The notes under the pieces are model-generated. The model was given only the letters and a program-made list of their open reading frames with translations, was not told where the DNA came from and did no database searches. A program made the translations under genes and the position numbers. From Bacteroidota bacterium (GTDB lineage Bacteria > Bacteroidota > Bacteroidia > Bacteroidales > Paludibacteraceae), in contig JAFNAU010000001.1 of assembly GCA_017860335.1 (NCBI GenBank), positions 1-49,642 of the forward strand: DNA of 49,642 bases. Reading direction: 5' to 3'. This document shows positions 42,998 to 49,642 of this stretch, piece by piece; the first letter of the stretch is position 1; every line of letters starts with the position of its first letter.

Positions 42998-45853
42998 TTA
43001 CATTTCCGGAGGTGGTCCCCCTCCGCCCATAAAGGGAGGAGTTCCTCCGGGACCGTGATATGAATTAGAATCGCCTCTGCCCTGCCTGTTCATTCTCCGG
43101 TCGGGTCCGAAGCGGTTCATGTTTTGCAGATCTTCCATTTCCTGGTTTGTCGCGCCCTTGAATTTGGTGATTTTGTATGTAAAACCTACGAGGAAGTAAG
43201 CTGGCAACGAATTGGTTTTGCTGTACTGAATGTAGTTATCACCCACTGTCTGTGAAACGTTTTGTCGCTGACGCAAAATATCATACACTTTGAGTGAAAA
43301 TACTCCTTTCCTTTTAAAGGCAGACACTTCGAGCGACGCGTTCCACAGCCACTGGCTAAGATTAAAACTTGAATAACCTTTCTGAGTGGTATAATTCAAA
43401 TCTGAATTAAAGGTAATAGCGTTTGTGGGGCGAATACCAAGATTAACCGCGCTGATCCAGTCGTAGGTTTCGTTTGGTTTCGTATTGAAATTATTTTTCG
43501 AATTGGAGTAACTCAGCCCGCCACGCATGCTTATATCAAAAATATTGTGTGTGTAGCTCAGCGAGATATTATTCGAAGCATTGTAACGGATCGTACTGCT
43601 GAGGTCTCCCAGTTGCAGATGATCGATGTCAATCAGGTCGGTGTTTACATTCTTTGAAGTATATCCGTACTGCTGACGTACACCGAAGGACGCGCTGTTG
43701 CTGAAGTTGAACTTTTTCCAGAACGGTGTGCTGAACATGGCAAACGAATTCAGGTTGTAGGGTGTTTCCTTCGAATTGACAGTCTGAATATATCGCTTTC
43801 CGGTTTTGTCGTAGATGCTGTTATTCGTCAGATCATCTTTGATAACACTCCCGTTCAGTCCAAAACTGAAGGAAGAAAATTTTGTGCTGTTATACGTAGA
43901 GTACATCAGTCGCAGGTTGTGCTGGAACTGGGGATTAAGTGTCGGATTACCCACTGTTTCATTCATCAGGTCGGTATTGTTTTTTACCGGCTGCATCTGA
44001 CTAATGGTAGGCTGACTGGTTCGTCCCGAATAATCGAAGCGTGCAAACTGTCTTTTTCCGAAATTATACTGAAAGCGCGCATTTGGTGCAAAATTGATAA
44101 CTTCGTTGCTCAGCTCCACACCCGGGTCACTTCCGTAAATGGTGGTACTGTATGTCTGCGACGGTTCTGCTTTCATACCCAGCGTGATATTATAGCTTTT
44201 CTGAATAAACCGGTAATTCAATTCCAGCGCTTCGCTGTAAAATGTATTTTTGAATTCGTTGCTGTACACATCGTCGAGTACGGTGTAGTTACCCTGCTGG
44301 TCTTTGTCGAAGAGATTCCGGGTTGAATTGCTGAAGTTGCTGTTCAACGATACGGATGTTTCCAGAAAGTGCTGATTTTTCCAGAGTGGCTCCACAAACG
44401 ACATGCGCAAACCCATATTGTAACTGTTCGAAATGTTTTCGCTCCGCTGATCAATGATGATAGTTGAGTCACTTGTGTTTTTTCGGGATAAATTCTGACC
44501 GTCGTTATTGCTCTGCGACAGGTTAGTACTCAGGCGGGTTGTAAATGTACGTCCCGGTTTTGCGAATTTACGGCTGTAAATAATATTCAATCCTCCGTTA
44601 ACTGAAGTGCCGTTTCCACTGTTATTGGTTTTTCCCCAGCTTGTGCTGTCGTTTTCGGTCATATACAGGTACTGCGAATTTGAAGCATTAAATGATCTGT
44701 TGTAACCCATATTCGGCTGGAAAACAACGGTATTGAGACTGTCGGGTTTCCATTCGGCTTCCAGCCGTACATTTCCCTGATAGTTTTCGCGGTTCGAAGA
44801 GCTTGTTGACTGGTTGTTATAGGTCAAACCCTGGAGGTAATTCTCGCGGTTACTTTCGGAGGTTTGCAGCTGATCCGAATGATTAAATGAAGCGTCGCCT
44901 CCGAGTATCAGTTTGGTGTTGACGGGAGTGTTGAGGTTATAACCCAGGTTTTGTGTGGCAGTAATACCCGAACTTCTTCCACCGAAACCTTCCCGACCAC
45001 GTCCGCTTCGGGCTGTATTGGTGTTGTTGGCTCCCGCGGTAATCGTCGAACGGGTTTCACCATTCATGATATTGAGGAATGCACCGGCATCGTAACGGAA
45101 CTCGGGATTGACATCGGTACCTGCTCCGGCCTGAACATTGCCGAAGACACCTTGCTTCCGGTCTCGTTTCAGTGTAAGATTTATCACCCGTTCGGTATCG
45201 TTATCCTCAAAACCTGTCAGTTTGGCCATTTCCGACTTTTGATCAACCACCTGCACTTTATCAATCATATCAGCCGGTATGTTTTTGGTCGACATTTCAA
45301 TGTCATCGCCGAAAAATTTCTTTCCGTCAACCAGCACTTTCTTCACTTCCTGACCGTTGACAGTGATCTTGCCTTCAGAGCTGACTTCCACCCCCGGCAT
45401 TTTTTTAAGCATATCTTCCACCACCGCGTTTTGCGAGGTTTTGAAAGCCTGAGCATTGTATTCGATTGTATCATTTTTCACCACCACCTGTACGGCAGTA
45501 CCGGTAACATTGACCTGTTCAAGCATGCGGGCATCTTCCTGCATGGATATTTTACCTATCAGCACATCCTTATTGGCTACGGTCAGATTTTGATTATAAT
45601 CGTTGTACCCGACTGTTGTCACTTTCAGTATGTACTTGCCCGGTTTGATATCCCGTAGTTTAAATCTACCGGCGCTGTCGGTTGTCTGACCCGTTATGAG
45701 CACCGAATCAACCGGACTTAACAGCCTGACACCAGCCCGATCCATCGCATTTCCGGTTTTAACATCAACAACTTTTGACTGAATTGAATACTGCGCATGC
45801 GCGGATAATGCAGCAATAATCAGCAGCATAACAATAGAGAGTTTCTTTAACAT
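42998..45853 (-). CDS. Outer-membrane beta-barrel family protein (carboxypeptidase-regulatory-like N-domain plus TonB-dependent-receptor-like plug and barrel)
   Basis: 951 aa with signal peptide MLKKLSIVMLLIIAALSAHA and a CarbopepD_reg-like segment ...GKYILKVTTVGY... The plug-like segment is ...MLKKMPGVEVSSEGKITVNGQEVKKVLVDGKKFFGDD... A long S/N/T/Y-rich amphipathic barrel is followed by a Gly/Pro-rich C-terminal tail. Confidence 0.8.
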   Translation of the reverse strand: MLKKLSIVMLLIIAALSAHAQYSIQSKVVDVKTGNAMDRAGVRLLSPVDSVLITGQTTDSAGRFKLRDIKPGKYILKVTTVGYNDYNQNLTVANKDVLIGKISMQEDARMLEQVNVTGTAVQVVVKNDTIEYNAQAFKTSQNAVVEDMLKKMPGVEVSSEGKITVNGQEVKKVLVDGKKFFGDDIEMSTKNIPADMIDKVQVVDQKSEMAKLTGFEDNDTERVINLTLKRDRKQGVFGNVQAGAGTDVNPEFRYDAGAFLNIMNGETRSTITAGANNTNTARSGRGREGFGGRSSGITATQNLGYNLNTPVNTKLILGGDASFNHSDQLQTSESNRENYLQGLTYNNQSTSSSNRENYQGNVRLEAEWKPDSLNTVVFQPNMGYNRSFNASNSQYLYMTENDSTSWGKTNNSGNGTSVNGGLNIIYSRKFAKPGRTFTTRLSTNLSQSNNDGQNLSRKNTSDSTIIIDQRSENISNSYNMGLRMSFVEPLWKNQHFLETSVSLNSNFSNSTRNLFDKDQQGNYTVLDDVYSNEFKNTFYSEALELNYRFIQKSYNITLGMKAEPSQTYSTTIYGSDPGVELSNEVINFAPNARFQYNFGKRQFARFDYSGRTSQPTISQMQPVKNNTDLMNETVGNPTLNPQFQHNLRLMYSTYNSTKFSSFSFGLNGSVIKDDLTNNSIYDKTGKRYIQTVNSKETPYNLNSFAMFSTPFWKKFNFSNSASFGVRQQYGYTSKNVNTDLIDIDHLQLGDLSSTIRYNASNNISLSYTHNIFDISMRGGLSYSNSKNNFNTKPNETYDWISAVNLGIRPTNAITFNSDLNYTTQKGYSSFNLSQWLWNASLEVSAFKRKGVFSLKVYDILRQRQNVSQTVGDNYIQYSKTNSLPAYFLVGFTYKITKFKGATNQEMEDLQNMNRFGPDRRMNRQGRGDSNSYHGPGGTPPFMGGGGPPPEM

Positions 45854-46041
45854 AATATACTTAGTTTCGAAATGAATTACATATCAGAGAGGTGAGAAAT
45901 GGTCAGCTGATATACTATTCGTTTAATAATTTCTATTTTGACTAATAAATCATTGAAAAGTTTAATATACTAAACAATTTTATATTCAGTTTGTTATTTT
46001 TCTACTATAAGGATTTAAGCACCAAACATATAAAAATTAGT

Positions 46042-46713
46042 ATGAAACGTTATCTTTTACTTCTTCCACTGTTAATATCTAGCTATTTATTTGTATCCGG
46101 TCAGTACAAACTTCCCGATTTGCCCTACGCGTACAACGCGCTGGAGCCTTACATCGACAGTACTACCATGCATATTCATCACGATGCTCACCATGCGGCA
46201 TATACGAACAATCTGAATAAAGCTTTGGAAAATTATCCGCAATATTCCAACATGGAAATTACAAAGTTACTGAAAAACATCAATATACTGCCGGAAAAGA
46301 TACAAACTGCTGTGAGAAACAATGGAGGCGGATATTACAATCATCTCATATTCTGGACCATGCTTGCACCAGCCGGAACTACACGTATGTCACCCGAACT
46401 TGAAGAATCAATTATTAAAAGTTTTGGCAGTGTGGATGCATTTAAAACTAAATTTGAAGCTGCAGCCATCGGCAGGTTTGGCTCCGGATGGGTGTGGCTG
46501 ATCAAAAAACCGATGGGTGAACTTTATATCGAAAGCACCGCTAATCAGGACAACATGCTGATGCCTTTCAATACACCGGAAGGCAAACCAATTCTCACCC
46601 TGGATGTGTGGGAACACGCTTACTACCTCAAATACCAGTCGAAACGGGCCGCTTATGTCAAAGCATTTTGGAACGTGGTGAACTGGAATAAGGTAAGTGA
46701 GCTTTATCGCTGA
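46042..46713 (+). CDS. Fe/Mn-family superoxide dismutase with an N-terminal signal peptide
   Basis: MKRYLLLLPLLISSYLFVSGQ is followed by the canonical YKLPDLPYAYNALEPYID..TM.IHH..HH..Y and DVWEHAYYLKYQ. Confidence 0.9.
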   Translation: MKRYLLLLPLLISSYLFVSGQYKLPDLPYAYNALEPYIDSTTMHIHHDAHHAAYTNNLNKALENYPQYSNMEITKLLKNINILPEKIQTAVRNNGGGYYNHLIFWTMLAPAGTTRMSPELEESIIKSFGSVDAFKTKFEAAAIGRFGSGWVWLIKKPMGELYIESTANQDNMLMPFNTPEGKPILTLDVWEHAYYLKYQSKRAAYVKAFWNVVNWNKVSELYR

Positions 46714-46832
46714 CGCATCCCGACACCCTTTCTGATTTATTTCAGAATCAGCCTGAATATCAGGATTTCAGACAACAAACAACCAACCTGACTGACAGCT
46801 TTATGCCGGCAGTTCTAAAAATTTATCGGTGT

Positions 46833-47183
46833 ATGAACGTAGAAGATATTCGAAACTATTGTTTGTCTCTGAAAGGAGCTGAAGAATGCTTTCCTTTTGA
46901 CGATGAGACACTTGTATTCAAAGCCCTCGGTAAAATGTTTGCTTTCATACCGTTGGAAGAGCCAGATTTATTCATCAACCTGAAGTGTGATCCGGTGAAG
47001 GCTCTTAACCTGCGGGAAAAATATCAGGCAGTACAGCCCGGTTATCATATGAATAAGAAATATTGGAACACCGTGGCACTAACTAATGAAGTCACCGAGA
47101 AACTACTGAAAGAGTGGATTAAACACTCCTACCACGAAGTGATGAAAGGAATACCGAAAAAGAAAAGAGAATGTTATGTATGA
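46833..47183 (+). CDS. MmcQ/YjbR family DNA-binding protein
   Basis: ~116 aa from the ATG at 46833: ...IRNYCLSLKGAEE.FPFD..TLVFK..GKMFA........INLKCDP..A..LRE.Y..V.PGYHMNKK.WNTV. Confidence 0.8.
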   Translation: MNVEDIRNYCLSLKGAEECFPFDDETLVFKALGKMFAFIPLEEPDLFINLKCDPVKALNLREKYQAVQPGYHMNKKYWNTVALTNEVTEKLLKEWIKHSYHEVMKGIPKKKRECYV

Positions 47184-47244
47184 ATACATAATATACTTAC
47201 AAGAAGAATGATGCTCTGGTTTTCAATAACCCGGGCATTTTTTA

Positions 47245-47501
47245 TCACCCTAATTCTTTAGAATAAAAAATACTCGGAGAGTTGTCCTGAAACATGCGGA
47301 AAATGTTGTTTCCGTAGAAATCAATCAGCATCTTTTGCTGATTGGTGAATTTATTTCTGACAGTTTTCTGGCTAAGCTTTACGGCCTGTTCTATCCTGAT
47401 TTGACACGGTGCAGATGCATCGGTTTTAAGCTGAGTCAGGGTGCTGCTGACAGCCCGAATAAGAGGAATAAGATGAATGTTGCCGCAACAGCAATATTCA
47501 T
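47245..47501 (-). pseudogene. Small (~85 codon) membrane/secreted protein gene interrupted by a 1-nt frameshift at a C3 run
   Basis: On the minus strand, ATG at 47501 opens MNIAVAATFILFLLFGLSAAP, then TGA (47436-47438). The shifted frame stays open: ...TLTQLKTDASAPCQIRIEQAVKLSQKTVRNKFTNQQKMLIDFYGNNIFRMFQDNSPSIFYSKELG to the stop at 47245-47247. Confidence 0.35.
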
Positions 47502-47552
47502 AATTACTGATTTTTCATTCTGTTATTATAGTATTGATTATTGTGTTTTTAT

Positions 47553-49061
47553 TCATAACGGAGGCGTCTCGGACAATTTTCCCTTCATCGACTGGTAAGT
47601 TTCTTCCAAAGCCTTTTCATCATCGGTGATTACAAGTATCCTGTCGCCCACGAGCAGCTCGGTATTTCCCCTCGGAATGAAATACTTGCCTTTCCGCTTC
47701 ACCATTGCCACCAGGGTCTTGTCGGGCACATTGATGTCCATCAGGCGGGAACCATTGGCCAGGAACTCCTCCTTGATGGATATTTCGCTCATTGCCGATT
47801 TTATTTCGTCGGAGAATTCCACATCAAATTCTCTCAGTTTGCGTTTTTTAGGCGTAGGCAGAGAAAGTTTCATCCAGTGAGCAACTGTTCCCACGGTGGT
47901 TCCCTGTATGACCAGCGAAAGTATGGTGATAAAAAAGACGATATTAAATAACATCTTAGCTTTAGGTACACCTTCGATCCATGGATAAGTTGCGAAAATA
48001 ATGGGTACAGCGCCTCTCAAACCCACCCACGAAACATAAGTTCTTGCCTTGAATGTAAGTTTACGAAACGGAGATAAGCTGATAAAAACCGCGGTGGGTC
48101 TGGAAACAAGCAACATAAAAACGCCGATCAACAACGCCACACCGGCAATTGGAAGCAACTCACCCGGATTGACCAGCAAACCGAGTGTGAGGAACATGAT
48201 GATCTGGAAAAGCCAGGTCAGCCCGTCGAAAAATTTCAGTGAGCTTCGTTTGTGTACGAATTTGTGATTTCCAATCAGCAAACCACCTGCATACACAGCC
48301 AGATAGCCGTTACCTCCCACAAAGCTGGTAAATCCGAAAAGGAAAAACATAATGGTCAGAAGCAAAACCGAATAAAGGGCATCGTTATCGAGATTTATCC
48401 TGTTAATTATTTTTACAGATAATTTTCCCAGGAAGAGACCTCCAACAGCGCCCAGTATCAACTGACGGAAAAACATAAAAACTGCTTCCCCGGTGCTGAA
48501 ATCGGGAGTTTGTATCAGTTGGATTAAAACAATAGTGAGCATAAATGCCATGGGATCGTTGCTTCCGCTCTCAAATTCGAGCAATGGCCGGATATTTTCT
48601 TTAAGCGACAGCCCTTTGGAGCGCAGAATAGAGAATACCGACGCAGAATCTGTCGATGACATGATACTGCCTAACAGCATCGATTCGAGAAGAGTAAAGG
48701 AAACTGAGGTAAATATATGGTTGGTAGTCCAGTAAATAAAAAAACCTGTAAGAATAGCTGTAATCAACACCCCGATTGTTGCAAGAACCAGACCCTGTGG
48801 AACAATTGGTTTGATTTCATACAAATTGGTATCCATACCCCCTGAGAACAAAATAATATTCAGGGCAATCACGCCAATAAACTGAGTAATTCTGGGAGAA
48901 TTAAATTCAAGACCAAGACCGTCGGTACCTGCCATTATGCCAATCATGAGGAATAATAACAGGGTTGGAACCCCGTATTTGTGTCCGGTTTTCCCTATCA
49001 ATAAACTAAAGAACAGCATAACTGATGCTACAAGCAGGAAAAGTTCAGTAGATATTGTCAT
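47553..49061 (-). CDS. K+/H+ (monovalent cation:proton) antiporter, CPA1 NhaP2-type, with a C-terminal RCK_C (TrkA-C) domain
   Basis: 502 aa. The ~12-TM Na_H_Exchanger core is ...GKTGHKYGVPTLLLFLMIGIMAGTDGLG..., ...LGSIMSSTDSASVFSILR..., ...LEFESGSNDPMAF... The soluble C-terminal domain is ...LVAMVKRKGKYFIPRGNTELLVGDRILVITD. Confidence 0.88.
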   Translation of the reverse strand: MTISTELFLLVASVMLFFSLLIGKTGHKYGVPTLLLFLMIGIMAGTDGLGLEFNSPRITQFIGVIALNIILFSGGMDTNLYEIKPIVPQGLVLATIGVLITAILTGFFIYWTTNHIFTSVSFTLLESMLLGSIMSSTDSASVFSILRSKGLSLKENIRPLLEFESGSNDPMAFMLTIVLIQLIQTPDFSTGEAVFMFFRQLILGAVGGLFLGKLSVKIINRINLDNDALYSVLLLTIMFFLFGFTSFVGGNGYLAVYAGGLLIGNHKFVHKRSSLKFFDGLTWLFQIIMFLTLGLLVNPGELLPIAGVALLIGVFMLLVSRPTAVFISLSPFRKLTFKARTYVSWVGLRGAVPIIFATYPWIEGVPKAKMLFNIVFFITILSLVIQGTTVGTVAHWMKLSLPTPKKRKLREFDVEFSDEIKSAMSEISIKEEFLANGSRLMDINVPDKTLVAMVKRKGKYFIPRGNTELLVGDRILVITDDEKALEETYQSMKGKLSETPPL

Positions 49062-49098
49062 TTTTTGGCAGGTATTGTATTTTATTTAAGATGAATTG

Positions 49099-49106
49099 CA
49101 AAGTTA
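49099..49106 (-). promoter_or_regulatory. -7 promoter box (antiporter gene)
   Basis: TAACTTTG on the minus strand, 38 nt upstream of the ATG at 49061. Confidence 0.55.
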
Positions 49107-49308
49107 ATTCTTTTTTACAAAAAAAATCTTTTATCTCCCAATACATCCGCTACCCATAAACAGTTTAAATGTTATTTAACTGACATTTAGAAACATATTC
49201 CGGTGAATGATGGGCTCACCCTACGTCAGTAACAGGTTAGTTGTAAAATCCACAGAGAAATTATTCAGGATTTTTTGCCGAAGTATTTGGTAATTCAAAA
49301 AAATGCCG

Positions 49309-49316
49309 TACATTTG
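49309..49316 (+). promoter_or_regulatory. -7 promoter box for tRNA-Phe
   Basis: TACATTTG lies 19 nt upstream of the tRNA 5' end. Confidence 0.6.
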
Positions 49317-49334
49317 CACTCGCAAAACAAATGA

Positions 49335-49407
49335 GGTACCATAGCTCAGTTGGTAGAGCAAAGGACTGAAAATCCTTGTGTCCCCGGTTCGATTCCTGGT
49401 GGTACCA
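49335..49407 (+). tRNA. tRNA-Phe (anticodon GAA)
   Basis: Cloverleaf: acceptor GGTACCA/TGGTACC, D arm GCTC-AGTTGGTA-GAGC, anticodon arm AAGGA-CTGAAAA-TCCTT, T arm CCCGG-TTCGATT-CCTGG (one C51-U63 mismatch), discriminator A. CCA is not encoded. Confidence 0.87.
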
Positions 49408-49546
49408 CTTAACAAAATGCTGTAAATCAATGATTTATGGCGTTTTTCTTTTTATCTTCGCCGTAAGTAAAACTTAAAAAATTCCGGATCAATGTAAATA
49501 TCAGGTGGAGTAGTTTTTAATCTTTTTGATCCATTTTTTATCTTTG

Positions 49547-49606
49547 AAGTCATCTTGACTTTTTAACAAATGGCATTTATTTTGTTTTTTGACTTCGTAG
49601 AAGTCA
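49547..49606. promoter_or_regulatory. Pair of operator-like palindromes sharing the half-site GAAGTCA
   Basis: AAGTCA-TCT-TGACTT at 49547-49561 and TGACTTC-GTA-GAAGTCA at 49590-49606, with centres ~44 bp apart. The second abuts a near-consensus -7 box, CATATTTG (49607-49614). A possible ATG follows at 49622. Confidence 0.4.
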
Positions 49607-49642
49607 CATATTTGTAGTAGAATGATTGTTTTTTACATACGA

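Noticed and set aside
47335-47598. 87-aa plus-strand ORF between yjbR-like gene and the antiporter gene
   Set aside because: It runs into the 3' end of the antiporter gene on the other strand and has no start context or motifs. The minus strand offers a more gene-like (though frameshifted) reading.
49221-49430. 69-aa minus-strand ORF
   Set aside because: It overlaps the tRNA-Phe gene and its promoter, so it is spurious.
1-49642. CRISPR arrays, IS elements, integrases, prophage genes, restriction-modification, toxin-antitoxin or other defence modules
   Set aside because: I found no spaced direct-repeat array and no transposase/integrase/recombinase-like ORF apart from ruvC. I found no methyltransferase or nuclease pairs and no small adjacent ORF pairs typical of TA systems. 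The window reads as core chromosome.

Overview
The window looks like a chromosomal core region of a Bacteroidota genome. Evidence: moderately AT-rich sequence, TAnnTTTG -7 promoter boxes in front of most transcription units, no Shine-Dalgarno dependence, and the conserved ftsX-DUF3098-uppP-truB-queA block. I can support about 38 protein-coding loci, 2 tRNAs (Ala-GGC, Phe-GAA), many hairpin plus T-run terminators and a set of -7 promoter boxes. The genes are mostly housekeeping: grpE/dnaJ, rpsA, ruvC, sufSE, dnaX, prs, malQ, panE, and a methylmalonyl-CoA carboxyltransferase/biotin-carrier/epimerase cluster. The rest are envelope, glycan and transport genes. I found no CRISPR array, rRNA, IS/transposase, integrase, prophage or recognisable defence or toxin-antitoxin module, and I cannot point to a convincing new multi-gene system. 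The leads worth follow-up are these. (1) An A11 slippery run in dnaX sits at the clamp-loader-core/tau boundary, with a stop 1-3 codons away in both alternative frames, so it is a putative programmed gamma/tau recoding site. (2) Gene lesions cluster in the first 4.8 kb: dnaJ with two internal out-of-frame deletions, a frameshifted large secreted protein, and a signal-peptide plus thioredoxin-tail remnant. (3) A 729-bp non-coding gap (40.57-41.30 kb) holds an orphan promoter, a MITE-like inverted-repeat unit and a roughly 150-nt element with mutually exclusive hairpins. (4) An OadA/5S-type carboxyltransferase carries a C-terminal biotinyl-like domain that has lost the biotin-accepting lysine, while the 12S/biotin-carrier cluster 10 kb away lacks the membrane beta (Na+ pump) subunit gene. 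(5) There are REP-like GC-rich hairpin elements and operator-like palindromes. All family assignments come from motif recognition by eye, and no database search was run.
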